Position numbers and translations under genes: made by a program. DNA of 63,871 nucleotides, counting the filler, from Octopus bimaculoides (lineage: Eukaryota), in assembly GCF_001194135.2 (NCBI RefSeq). It is 8 parts of 8 records of this genome, joined end to end, with 100 filler letters (N's around TTAATTAATTAA, not from the genome) between each part and the next. Parts side by side here need not be neighbours in the genome. Positions count along the whole stretch, not along the records: positions 23,160 to 42,182 come from NC_069010.1; positions 42,283 to 49,327 come from NC_068992.1; positions 49,428 to 57,183 come from NC_068987.1; 5 more parts are not named here. One strand, 5' to 3'. A model generated the notes under the pieces. It worked only from the letters and a program-made list of their open reading frames with translations. It was not told the DNA's origin and searched no databases. Below, in pieces: positions 39,531 through 52,780 of this stretch (the first letter of the stretch is position 1; each line of letters starts with the position of its first letter).

Positions 39531-39623
39531 GAGAGAATTATCCAAGGTAATGGCTAAGCGTGCCACGGAAATAGATGTCAAATTACTCCTATTTGCTATT
39601 CAAAGAACAAGCAATTTTGAATC
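39531..39623 (+). CDS. VPS53: VPS53 exon 9 (3' end lost in N gap)
   Basis: TTCCAG| acceptor, phase 2. Encodes [30 protein letters not shown], then runs into the gap 39624-39897. Confidence 0.95.
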
Positions 39624-40282
39624 NNNNNNNNNNNNNNNNNNNNNNNNNNNNNNNNNNNNNNNNNNNNNNNNNNNNNNNNNNNNNNNNNNNNNNNNNNNNN
39701 NNNNNNNNNNNNNNNNNNNNNNNNNNNNNNNNNNNNNNNNNNNNNNNNNNNNNNNNNNNNNNNNNNNNNNNNNNNNNNNNNNNNNNNNNNNNNNNNNNNN
39801 NNNNNNNNNNNNNNNNNNNNNNNNNNNNNNNNNNNNNNNNNNNNNNNNNNNNNNNNNNNNNNNNNNNNNNNNNNNNNNNNNNNNNNNNNNNNNNNNNACT
39901 TATTCTATCAGTTTCTTTTTTGCCGAACCTCTAAGTTACGGGGACGTAAACACACCAGCATCGGTTGTCAAGCGATGGTGGGGGGACAAACACAGACACA
40001 CAAACGCACATACATATATATATATATATACATATATACGACGGGCTTCTTTCAGTTTCCGTCTACCAAATCCACTCACAAGGCTTTGGTCGGCCCGAGG
40101 CTATAGTAGAAGACACTTGCCCAAGGTGCCACGCAGTGGGACTGAACCCGGAACCATGTGGTTGGTAAGCAAGCTACTTGCCACACAGCCACTCCTACGC
40201 CTCTATATATGTATATATAACTATTTAATTAGCCTCGTTCCTTCAAAGTTTGTTGTTAATTGGATGATATTTATCTATGCAG

Positions 40283-40405
40283 CCAACCAAAGTTGCAATA
40301 ACCCCAGTGATGTCCCCTACTAATCCTTTTGAAGAAGCCAGTAGCCCTTATGAACCTTCCAACCCATTTGAAAACGAGAACGCAGAATCTGTTGAGGAAA
40401 CAAAG
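40283..40405 (+). CDS. VPS53: VPS53 exon 10 (low-complexity linker with NPF motifs)
   Basis: ATGCAG| acceptor and AAG|GTCAGT donor, 123 nt, phase 0/0. Encodes PTKVAITPVMSPTNPFEEASSPYEPSNPFENENAESVEETK. Position and TNPF fit the VPS53 linker. Confidence 0.8.
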
Positions 40406-41244
40406 GTCAGTATACCAATCTGTCTTCCTTCCTTCTTTCCTTCCTTCCTTCCCTCCCTTCCCTTCCTCTTCTTCTCTTCTTCTTCCTTCCCTTTTCTTCT
40501 GCCCCCCCCCACCCCCCATCGTCGTTATCATCATCGGAAGCAGTTTATTGATTGTTCTTCTGATCATCTGCCTCGTGGCTGGTTATGTGAAACTCTGAGT
40601 AACGGCTTGTGAAGTTTTTAATCTTCAATAAACACACACACACATACACGTATATCTAGTCACATTTTTCTATTTATTATAATTGGCCCCATCTCCCAAT
40701 TAGATAAAGAGGTTTTTTTTTTCTCTGTTCACATCGGTCTTATACTTGTATGTATGTATGTACAACATGTTAATTCAATTCTGATTTTTGTTCTCACATC
40801 AAAGGATCACATTGAGTAAGCAAGCAATGGAAATCACCAGCCCCATATAATTAAATATACTTTACATTTTGTATTGAGTACATCCTCCTCATCATCATTT
40901 AATGTCCGCTTTCCATGCTAGCATGGGTTGGACGATTTGACAGAGGACTGGTGAAACCAGATGGCTACACCAGGCTCCAATCTGATTTGGCAGAGTTTCT
41001 ACAGCTGGATGCCCTTCCTAACGCCAACCACTCCGAGAGTGTAGTGGATGCTTTTACGTGCCACCGGCACAAAGGCCAGACAGGAGGTACTGGCAACGGC
41101 CACGCTCGAAATGGTGTATTTTACGTGCCACCTGCACAGGAGCCAGTCCATCGGCATAATCCAAAAAAACATGTCTGTACATGCTCTTCTCTCTCTGCTG
41201 TAATTTCAACAACGTTAATTAGAGACTGATTCTTCAATCAACAG

Positions 41245-41339
41245 GTTCTTGGACCCAAGCCTCCAGTCTCACCCTTCGATGGAATCATCTCCAAATGCTT
41301 TGAGCAACATCTGAATATTTATATAGAATCACAAGACAG
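41245..41339 (+). CDS. VPS53: VPS53 exon 11 (last exon before the scaffold break)
   Basis: AACAG| acceptor and AG|GTAAAT donor, 95 nt, phase 0/2. Encodes [31 protein letters not shown] (conserved PF.GI.SKCFE.HL..YIESQD). Confidence 0.96.
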
Positions 41340-41394
41340 GTAAATATTGCTGTTGTTTTGTGTGGTGTGTCACGTGTATCTAAATGCTGTGCTG

Positions 41395-41785
41395 CAAGTG
41401 TCTAACCCTTGTGTTACATGACTCTAACCACAATGTCACATCTAGCTCTGGTATTACTTGTCTATAGCCCCTGTTATATGTGTGCAGCCCCTGTGTTACA
41501 TGTCTCTAGCCCCAATGTCACATGTCTCTAGCCTCTGTGTTACATGTCTTTAACCTATGTGTTACATTCCTCTAGCTCCTGTGTTACAGTCTCTAGCCTG
41601 TGTTACATTTCTCTAGCTTCTGTGTTACATTTTCTCTAGTCTCTGTGTTACATGTCTTTAGCCTCTGTGTTACATATCTTTAGCATCTGTGTTACATATC
41701 TTTAGCGTCTATGTTAAATTTCTCTAGTCACTGTGTTACATGTCTCTAGTCCCTATGTTACATCTATCTAGCCACTGTGTTACAT
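41395..41785. repeat. About 22-nt minisatellite (consensus about CTCTAGCCTCTGTGTTACATGT)
   Basis: Many diverged tandem copies containing TGTGTTACAT in VPS53 intron 11, followed by an (ACC/ACT)n tract at 41862-42182. Confidence 0.85.
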
Positions 41786-44700
41786 ATTCAGGCATAGTAT
41801 ATCTAGGACTACTTGTGTGTCCTTCCCTTTTTAAGATGATAGGTTTTACTGCTATTTTTAGCACCACCACCACCACCACTACTACTACCACCACAACCAC
41901 TACTACTATTACCACCACCACCACTACTACTTCCACCACAACAACTACTACTACTCCCACCACCACTACTACTACCACTATCACCACACCACCACTACTA
42001 CCACCACAACCACTACTAGTATTACCACCACCACACCCACTACTACTACCACTATTACCACAACCACTACTACTACCACCACCACCACACCCACTACTAC
42101 TACCACCACAACCACTACTACTACCACCACCACCACACCCACTACTACTACCACCACAACCACTACTACTATTACCACCACCNNNNNNNNNNNNNNNNNN
42201 NNNNNNNNNNNNNNNNNNNNNNNNNNTTAATTAATTAANNNNNNNNNNNNNNNNNNNNNNNNNNNNNNNNNNNNNNNNNNNNCTTTTATTTATTCAAATA
42301 TATTTATGCCATGATATTAAAATTCTCTCTGGTGATGGATAAAAAAAAAACAGTGAAATATTCTTCAGTATTTTCTATTTTTTTTAAGTTACTTCAATTT
42401 TCTCCTGAGAGAAACTCAATATAGAACAAGCAAAAAAAAAAAGGGTTCTTTCAACCTTTTACATTGGCATTCTGTATATTGTTCATGGATGGTAGACTAT
42501 ATTTACAGATGAAGCCCAAACTAAAGCATATTTACCAATTCTATACCTAATGTTGTTGTTATTCGGTTCACGTCAATGATGTTCCCAGCTTCCTGTTTAT
42601 AATAATAACTCATGTTATCTGGATCAAGTAGTGATGCACCAGGTGGCCAATCGGAAAAATCATGAAAGTATCAGATAGGATATCATATGGTATTTATTCT
42701 GAATCTCTGCTTTCTGAGTTCAAGTCCTGCTAATGTTAACTTTTCCTTTAATCGTTTCAGAATCAATAAAAGAAGTACCAATGAAGAATAGGGGGACGTT
42801 CTTTTACTTGTTTCAGTCATTTGACCCCATTACTTATTTTGTTAAAATCAGGTACTTATTCTCTTGACCTATTTTCCTGAACTGCTAAGTTATAGGGATG
42901 TAAACAAACCAACGCTGTTCGATAGGCAGTAGTGGGGGACAAATGCAACACACACACACACACACACACACACAGAGGCTTCTCTCTGTTTCCATCTACT
43001 AAATCCACTGACAAAAACTTTGGCAAACCTAGAACTATTAGTGGAAGGGCACTTACCTAAAGTGCAATGCAGTGGGATTGAACCCAAAACTGTCTGTTTG
43101 GGAAAACATTATTTGGTATAGGTTGTGCTGTACCAGACTTGATGTTCCTCACACTCTGTTTCATATTCAATGCCCTGACATTCAAAGTTTTAAATCAGCT
43201 GGTATTGATTTTCATAACCCTACCCCTAGAATCTTTAAGAGAGTCAACAGAATATCTAGAATGGCAGAAATGGTGGTGCATTACACTAAATATGGATAGT
43301 ATTGAGTTTTGTTCTTTTACTTTGTGTTGAAATATTATTGAGATTGTCTTTTATCTTATTCCTGGGTCTTAATAAAATAAGTATCAATCAATAATTATCA
43401 TTTAGATTGACAACACCACTAGCTTAAGGTGCCATGCAGTCAGACTGAAATCTGAACCATGGGGTTGGGAAGCAAGTGTCTTACCTCACAGCCGTACATA
43501 TATTTCAAAAGTAATCATAACATAAAACACTTTATCCAATCCTTTGTCTTCAGAATCTGGAATCTGTGTTTTTGTTTTCCCTACTGACACAGTTTTATGA
43601 GTGTAACAACTGAAAAATCACAGCTCCGTATCCCTTATTCGGGAGGAACTACAATAGTAATGGGAGCTGTCCCTCTACTGACAATCTTAATATAAAAAAA
43701 ATATATAATCATAAATGAGAATTAAAATAAAATGTACAATATGAAAAATAGAAACTGAGTGAACACACATACACAAAAAAAATATTTTCTTCTTTTATTG
43801 CCATATTGAAGTCTTTAGTTTTGTTGTGTAAAGAGAGTTACTTTGATGAAAGCAAGCACTATTACAGTCGTCTTCTTTAACATTATACTTTCTTGTCTAT
43901 TTGCTTTTTGATACACACACTGGTCATCTAAAAATATTGTCAGCTTTTATTATGTTTGAATAAAAGAATATTTAACACTTTAAGTTATTTATGTCGTTCA
44001 CATTTATTTTCATACTTTATATCCAGTGAATGAACATTCTATATCTATAGGCAGCTTTCATTTCACATCACTTGAAATATGATGATGATAATGATTATTC
44101 TGTTGTATTTCTCTGTCTTTCTTTCTGTCTGTCCCACCTACTTCCTCTCCCCTCCGCTCCCCCCTTCCTCCTCTTCCTCTCTCTATCTCATTTTTGTGTT
44201 GTATCATCCAATAGTTTTGTATGAACTATTGAGTCATATGGTTTTGTTCAAAGAACCAAATCTGGCAGCAACTTCACTGAGCAGTGGTGAGTGGGGAGAG
44301 GGAAAGACAACATTGACTAATGCTTGTGTTTTGTAAGAGATAAATAGTCACCTATAGCCAGAATTTGCTACAGGAACTATCATCTCTTGGAACAAATTCA
44401 CAAGATGAAAGAAAAACTTACACGTATCAAAGCACAGAAGATTCCACAATGACATACGTTAAAAATCCAAAATTCTTAAATTTCTTCCTCTTTGTTCATC
44501 TTCCACTCCAACATGCCACCTCTCACCAGCCCCCTTTCTTAATTCTCTACACCAACCTTTCTATATCTTATGAATCCCACTAGTGTTCTTTATTTAAATA
44601 TTTTTAAAACAACAGTCTAAATATGGTCATTCTTTGGTCTCCTGCTCCCATCATTTACTATTTCTCTCTTTCCCCTGCTCCAAACGAACCCGTCCTCACC

Positions 44701-45329
44701 CTCCTCCTTCTGCTTTATCCACCTTCATTCTTCATTTCTAACTTCTTCCCTGTTCACATACCATATTACTTTTTCATTTCCATTCTTTACCATATACATG
44801 TCCCTAACCAAAGAACCAACTGCATACTTCACCTTCTTTCTTCATCCTCACTCCAGCTGAACTTAATGATCTTTTATATAAACACTCCCTTGGCAGTGTA
44901 GTTTGGATTGGTTCCTGAAATGTTCCTGAAATGTCGTGCAAACTTCTCAATTTGTCTATTGCTAGAAAAATTTCCCTACGTGAATGTAATATCTATTATT
45001 ATCAGCAACATTACTTTAATATCTGTATGTGATTCCAAAATAGTTTATGTTGGATGGGTCTGCAATGACTCCAGTGAAAGAATTAGCTAATAGAGATAAG
45101 GTGATCAATTTGGAATCACAGATAGTTTTCTTTCACACTGTGCAAAAATATTTTCATGAAATTAACTATTAGTCTCACAAACCCACGAATTTTCATGTCT
45201 AAATGAATTAGGTAAATAGCTCGTATCATTTCAGACTATTAAACATATCTTTTATTTGTTTCAGTCATTAAATTGCGACCATACTGGGGCACCGCTTTGG
45301 TTAACAAACGAAACAATGTAAATATAAAA

Positions 45330-45670
45330 GCTATGGTAGGTTGGTGCACCACTAATAGTACCTCTCTATCTATCAGTAGTATGTAGATGTACAACAAGTG
45401 ATATATCACGGTTGTAGGTAAATATACTATTAGGAGTACCTCAGTAGGGTTACCCTACATTTATCACTGATATAGCATCATGTACATAAATATACCATAA
45501 GTGGTATCCTTGTATCTATCAGTGATATACTGAGGTGGTATGTAGATATACCGCTAGTGCTATCTCTATTTCTGTCACTGATATATCACAGAGGTGGTAT
45601 GTAGATATACCTCAAGTGGTACCCTACATCTAACAGTGATGTATCACATTATAAAGTGGTACCTCAATAT
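45330..45670. repeat. Degenerate tandem repeat, period roughly 55-60 nt
   Basis: Recurrent GTGGTATGTAGATATACC / AGTGGTA / CAGTGATATA(TCAC) blocks. Related traces at about 46350-46590. Confidence 0.55.
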
Positions 45671-47834
45671 ACATTACTATTGCACTCACCTCATTATAGA
45701 GACAACATTGACAGTATTGTGATGTTCCTTGTCAGAGCTGTAAACAATTCTAAAGATATTTTAATTCTGTATTGATTTAGGTTTGACAGTATGTAAATGA
45801 TAACTGTAGGTGGTGCCTTACAGTAAATGAATGAATTCATGTCAAGTTCTCAAGAATAGTTAAAGTACAATAAACAGTGGAAGACATTCCAGTGCTAATG
45901 AGAGAGTTTTGATGTGGTCACTGAACCTGCTACAAATAGCAACTCTGATTTATTTAAAATATACGCTACCTTATTTCAAAAGAGATGGATGTATTAGATA
46001 ATGTAGTCATAAATATCTCTAAAATATCTCTGGAATGCTTTTGAACAAAGATTTGTTCAATTGCAGTTGAACTGAAGCTAAGCAACTTATTTTCTTCATA
46101 AAAAAAAAAGGTGAACTGTATTAAGCACAAATAAGAAGTATTATGTTATTACATTGAAGTGAGTTTGGGGCATTGATTCTGAAATGAGCAGAAATGGAGC
46201 TGGTTAAATCTGGATTAGTAACATTGATTTGGAATAAAGAGTACTTGAGTGTGGCTGGATACAAAAAGTACACACATCATCAGATATATGCAGGAGAGTT
46301 AACTGCACTTGTATGGACATATGACACCACTGGGGGATGAATACAAGGAGAATATTATTAGTGATATATCACAGCTGTAAGATGTCCCACTAGAACTATC
46401 CTTACATGTATTATAGCAGTCATGGTTAGATATACTACAAGTGTATATGTATCTATGACTGTAATAATCTATTTGTGATATAACACAGTTGAAGGTAAAT
46501 ATACAGCTAGTGGTTCTCTTGAATGTACCTGTTTATAATATATCATAGTGATACATATGTATATTACCAGCGATACACCTATACTATCAGAGATTTGTTA
46601 TAGAACAAAAAAATGCACAAAGAACAAAGTTCAGATCTGAGGAAGCCAGGCTCCAGTGATGTTACAATAGGATTGAAATGATTTGCAACATCCTTTACAG
46701 AAGACCCATCTGATTCCTGCAAGCATGGAAAAACATTCATTACAATAACGAAGGTAATCGTGAAATTTATTCAACTCTTCGTTGTGAAGAATTTCCATCA
46801 ATAATGTTCATTGTTTCCTATTCATTATTAACTTTCTTCCTGCCTATATTGGAAACAGGAAGGTTGCTATAATCTACACACTCAAGTTGGGGACTTTGCT
46901 AATACATTCTCCAAATATCAATGTATTGAATAAAAATGATCAATATATCTGTTTCCAGTGAGATTATGCAGTATCTTTTCTTGATGATTCTATCAGCTTA
47001 ATGAGGTGGTTGGAATATATCAGTTACTAGTGTTCATCTTGCTGTCATTGATGACTTCATTTCAAATATAAAGATGTATGGATTATGAAACCTTAACTAT
47101 ATCAATATTTTGAATTTTTGACATATAATTCGACAAAATCTGGATTAGAAAACAATATCTGTACAGACATATTTCATACCTTAGCATGTAGTGTCACAGA
47201 AAATGTTTTAAAATCTTTGTAACTATTAAGGTTTGCAAATTCAAGATGAGATTTAATTAGAGGAAGTTGAAATAACATTTCCATAACTCATGTTGATTTC
47301 TTAACCAATTATGATTTATGTACTGCCTTCTTTGTACTCAACTTCAACTCCACATTGAATACTTCACAGAAATCCCTTCCCAAAACTAACCCTTCTATGC
47401 CACTAGGCTCACCATTATGCACATGTATGCATGCTAAGTGCCAAAGAAAATGCAGTATTTCAACCCAACAAACTTATTGACCCAGACAATATTGTTTCCA
47501 ATATTCCGAAACACTGCGCCTAAAACTAAAACTAGCTCCTACACTCAACAAATGCTTTACTCTCTCTCTCTCCCTCTCTCTCACTCTTCCCTCATGCAAA
47601 GATATATCTTAACTTTTGGAAATCTGCTGCTTTATGTTGTATTCCCTAAAAGAGCAACCCCATGCCAAGTACTGTATTACTATACTCACTTCCAATATCT
47701 GAAGGATGAACATGAAGCTATAATCAACAGTAAGAAATCACTACTAACAGTGAAGACACAACCTATCAGTTATGCTACCACAACGACTACACATAGGAAA
47801 CTTGTAATGTGACCCTGTGGTACACCAACCATGA

Positions 47835-48045
47835 TATAAGGGGGTGCTGAAAAGTTCCTGGCTTTGGATGAAAGAGGATCCGTTAATTATGATTTTATTC
47901 AACATATTCTCCTCTCAGATTCACACACTTATTGCAGCGGCCCTTCAGTTTTTCTAAGGCCTGTAAAAGAACTTGGAAGGTTGGGCTGCTAACCAGGCCC
48001 TTTGCAATACCCGTAAAGCCTGGATCTTATCAGCACCACTTCGTA
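47835..48045. mobile_element. Tc1/mariner-type MITE
   Basis: Left TA..GGGGGTGCTGAAAAGTTCCTGGCTTT and right AAAGCCTGGATCTTATCAGCACCACTTCGTA are imperfect inverted repeats with TA ends. Confidence 0.75.
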
Positions 48046-49556
48046 TGTGGAACTAATTAGATGCAAGGTTTGTATCTAATGAGGAATGTGCTCCAGAGAG
48101 TTAAAGACACAGTTGTAAAGCTGAGAGCTACCACAGATTCACTTAAGAATTTTTGCCAAGCTCAGTGCTGGGCTCGAACTCATTACCTTAAGCTAATGAA
48201 ATGTTTTCTAATTATAGTCAATAAGAATGGAACTTGTAATTGTCAGTCTGACAAATACAAATAAGCTGAAAGCTGTGTGTTGTTAGGGTCATGACACATT
48301 GGTTGTAGTGATGTGTCATCTCCTGCGGTGCTGTACATGGGTGAACTGAAGCAGTATGAGTGTTTTGGACATTGAGACAGTGCAGTGCCAATTACAGGAT
48401 ATGAGATGTATCTCTCATACCTGTTTGACACCTCAGCTGTTTCACTTCTCTGTGTTCTCTTAAAGAATCAATAGAGATAATAAAATTCTATAAGATGCTA
48501 CTGAAATATTACAACTACAACACTATTTCTATTAACTCAAGAAAGAATCTAAAAAGAAATAAAATATATATAACAATTTGTAATATCTAATATTTGATAA
48601 AATAAGGAAATTGAGATAAATAGCACTGTACCTTAACAAGTGGTGAATCTACTGAAAAATGTGTTATTTATTCATATTTCTATTGTAGAAATTCCTGCAG
48701 CTATTTAGACAATAGTGCATTAAACTTGGAAATATATTAACACCTGAATTTCTTGATATCAGAAAAGAAATAAAAGGGACAGACTGAGAAAAGTAAAGAT
48801 ATACACAACATGCTTATTGACAAATAATGGAAATAACAAAATATGCCAATGTTATTAACATCAGTTACAATGTTAAAACGCTTAGTGTTAAAGTACATGT
48901 TTGGAAAATTTTAAATAAAACATATTTATTACTTTCCTCCTACAGATGATAATAGGCCACCTCTGTATCGACTCGTGTGTGTGGCATTAAGATATGGTTT
49001 TATACATGCACGTATAGGTGCAGGAGTGGCTGTGTGGTAAGTAGCTTGCTTACCAACCACATGGTTCTGGGTTCAGTGCCACTATGTGTCGCCTTGGGCA
49101 AGTGTCTTCTACTATAGCCTCGGGTCGACCAAAGCCTTGCGAGTGCATTTGGTAGATGGAAACTGAAAGAAGCCCGTCGTATATCATCATCATCGTTTAA
49201 CGTCCGCTTTCCATGCTAGCATGGGTTGGACGATTTGACTGAGGACTGGTGAAACCGGATGGCAACACCAGGCTCCAATCTAAATTTGGCAGAGTTTCTA
49301 CAGCTGGATGCCCTTCCTAACGCCAACNNNNNNNNNNNNNNNNNNNNNNNNNNNNNNNNNNNNNNNNNNNNTTAATTAATTAANNNNNNNNNNNNNNNNN
49401 NNNNNNNNNNNNNNNNNNNNNNNNNNNGCCCAGTAGTGCAATTTTCTGTATGTTATATATATTTGTAAGTCCTGGTGTTTTTGTTATGTATTTGTCTGAA
49501 TATTTTTTTATTATACCTAAGGCACCTACTATGATAGGAATTGTTTCTGTTTTTAG

Positions 49557-49615
<59 letters not shown>

Positions 49616-50299
49616 CCAGGCGTTACGCATACCAACCGGATTTTGATAGCACACCAACGTCGTTTTTGGTAGACTGCAATGAGCCATTCACGCCATTATT
49701 AGGATAATCTATCGAAACAAAGTATTAATATTTAACGTAACTCTCTTTAAGTTACAACTCGATGTGCTATTTGCTTTTGAATATACAACAGCAAGGGAAG
49801 AACTTATAAATACGAATGTGGGAGTAGCGTATGGTTTTAAAATTAATACAAGCTAAGATTAAACAATAATAGTCGCTTCTAAAATCCATCTTTATATGTC
49901 TCCAAACTGATCCTGTGAACATTGCATAGTCATAGCAACACGTCTTACATCTATTTCGATACTTCACAACAACGTATATGCTGTCGCTATCAAAGCATCT
50001 AACTGGCCAGTTTGAACTCTATTGCTGATATTGTATTCTCTTTTCAGGAAATGTGCTTCAATGCTGAACGTAAACCACAATGAGCTTCTAGCCATGTCTA
50101 CCTACATATCTCAGTCATATTTCAGTTATGGTACACTATGAGAACGCATGATACACTTGCAATTCAAATTCACAATATCATAAGGGAAAATACAGGTTAC
50201 AACCTCTTGTATATGTTTCAATTAAAATCCTTATTGGTTCTGCTGCAAATTCTGAGTTTTATAAATGTGGCTTATTTGTAATGGTGACATCACAACACA

Positions 50300-50935
50300 C
50301 ATTATTATTATTATTATAAATACTGCTCATATAAATACTACGCATATATTACAGATCATATATTGCATTCTCTGTCGCACTACAGCCACTTTTGCTTATC
50401 AGGAGGGCAGTGCACTTGACATCTATCATGCTCATGTAGCTTGGTGATAGATATTTCACTCTGACTGGAGACACGAAATGAATTTCAGCATTTCGGGCCC
50501 ATAGATACAGCAGTGATAATATTCCGTGTGTTGAACTTTATTTACCATTTATTGATAGCTGCCTATTAGACATTCACACACTTTCATACTATATTGCTTC
50601 ATCAAAAATCTGCGTCAACTAAATTAATGTTAAACGCTATCCGAAAATGAAGCCGTGCAGTGCTACCGACCACAATAACTTATAGACCTGGTGTGAACCT
50701 CTATTCGTATAGCTATACCTGACACTATTCGAATAACATTTCTATTCCTACCTCCTCTATTACCACTTCAACAGCTATCGCTTTTCGAAACTTCGTAGAA
50801 CACAGCATACCTTTTCAACCGAAGTTACCAAATAACTATGATAATTTCCGCTGTCTATTACTTATCTTACATATCCTGTTACACGAAACCCAATAATTTG
50901 TCTCATCATTTAATATCAAATGAACAAACTTCTAT
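50300..50935 (+). pseudogene. Probable decayed class A GPCR (TM3-TM7 remnant)
   Basis: TSIMLM*LGDRYF with DRY at 50446-50454. Hydrophobic blocks follow in shifting frames. SAVYYLSYISCYT then, after a 1-nt shift, NPIICLII at 50887 resembles NPxxY with Y>C. Read by eye only. Confidence 0.4.
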
Positions 50936-51479
50936 AATTCCTCACCATCAACACTTTACTGCTCGCGTCGATATTTAGATGTTCAAAAATATGTGTGTAA
51001 GTGTGTGGAAGTGTGCATGTGTGTGTGTGTGTATGTGTGTGTGTATGTGTGTGTGTGTGTGTGTGTGTGCAAATTCATCCCACAGGAGAAGGGGGTCTCC
51101 GTTTTTCCGTACATGATCGGGTATACGTTTGTGTCACAGTTTTACGATGTTCCTTTACCTTTATTTTAAGTGTGCAATATGTTTCGCCTTTGTATAACCT
51201 ACCACAACTGCATGTAATTTACTACACGCAGTCTTTGGTCATATTAGTAACGTTAGACACGGAACATCACTGGAAAATACAAAAAATAAAAGAGGCAGCA
51301 TATATCCTACGACACAATAAGCTCCTAAGCAGACCTAGTGTAGAGATGCGTATAATATAGGAACCGGTATTAAGGAAAGATACAAAAATATTTGCTTATA
51401 AACCCTAACCTTCACTCTATAATTGCCCACGGGCATATAATATAGTGGTTAAGATTGCAAGATGTCGAGTTAAATTCCA

Positions 51480-51695
51480 GGCAGTGTATTGAATAAATAA
51501 TAATAACAGGAAAAAACATCTTAGGAATGAGAACCCAGGCTTGGGTTCAAGATTCCACCAGGACACCTGATGAAGGCTGGAGAGTAAATCAGCCGAAACC
51601 TCGTGGCAACAACAAAGATGAGGACATATATACGTCCACTGTAAATAAATAACTAATGTGCAATATTCCTCATCTCTAAAATTTAGAACAGTATT
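51480..51695 (+). mobile_element. Penelope-like terminal repeat fragment containing a minimal hammerhead ribozyme core
   Basis: CAC-CTGATGA-A-GGCTG(10-nt loop)CAGCC-GAAAC-CTC-GTG at 51564-51605. Confidence 0.65.
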
Positions 51696-51879
51696 TCTGT
51701 TTATTTTCATTTGATTTCTTACTACAAAGAAAGAGCTAGTTTCAGAGAAAGGAAGAAAGCACATTTTGAATAAGACAATATATACAAGCATGTGTATATG
51801 TATATATGTATATATTGGTTTGTCAGATGAAATCGTTCATTTAATCCATATATTTTACTTATTATTTTTCATCAGTTAT

Positions 51880-52780
51880 GCTAACAAATCAAACCATAAT
51901 AATAATACAATTCCTTAGTTCCATAAGCCCTTAAATGCCTTGTTTTCACACGAAAAGTTCACTGAACCACGGTTTCAGTCCTATGTTATTGCAATACAAA
52001 ATGCCACGAAAGCTGTTGAGAACGACATCGAAAAGTACTGAAGGTGATGTTTGAGGAAAGTATAGTTTTTTTCAGTGGACGTTCCAAACCAAACTTTTGA
52101 ATAGTATTTTTGGTCAAATTAGTGATGTATAGATGAGCATTGTGGAGCTGAAGAAGCAGAAAGCTTCAGCTGAATTTTCATGTTCAGCCGATGCATTTGT
52201 AGAACGTAAACTTCTACACAGATCAAGTGATTGCTTCCAAGCATTTCTTTGTGAATAAAACTCGTCCCATTCCAAAATATGCACTTCGTTATCATGTGTA
52301 GACGAGCTCTGGTACAGCTTTGAGATATTTGCTTATCGAGACAGTCATTCTTTCTTCTGCTTCATATCGACGTAAAGACAGAATATTTCGTCGCCGATAA
52401 CAAGGCAGGAAAAAAATCTGAGTCTGTTTGCACGGGTAACCTGGTGTCTACCATGCAAACCGTTGGCAGTAGAGGAGCGCTGCAATATTTCTCTTTCGTT
52501 CAGAGCATACTGCAAACATGCACCGCCTTTGCGAATTTTACTTATCGAATGAATGCCACTAATGATGGTGTCATGAGACCATCGCCTCTGTTGGATGAAT
52601 GGCATAGTCGATTGCCATGAACCCTAGTGGATGATCTTGTTCACTCGATACTCATCGAATTGAACAGGTCAACGGGAACGCAAATAATCTGCAAGGTAGA
52701 AAGAATCTTTTTTAGTTGAAGCGTCAAAATTCTTTGTGTCCAGTCCTTTCAGTAATAGCCTCTTCCCCGTAAAGGGCACT
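51880..52780 (-). mobile_element. Near full-length decayed mariner transposase
   Basis: RNISALYGEEAITERT at about 52700-52780. ORF 52345-52605 ends RFFSCLVIGDEIFCLYVDMKQKKE (first catalytic D in the TGDEKW motif). Degenerate downstream HNAH/PSVLF motifs. Confidence 0.8.

Noticed and set aside
48946-48974. Cadherin-like NDNRP microexon
   Set aside because: The acceptor is good but the donor (GTGTGT) is poor, the segment is very short and there are no other cadherin motifs nearby.
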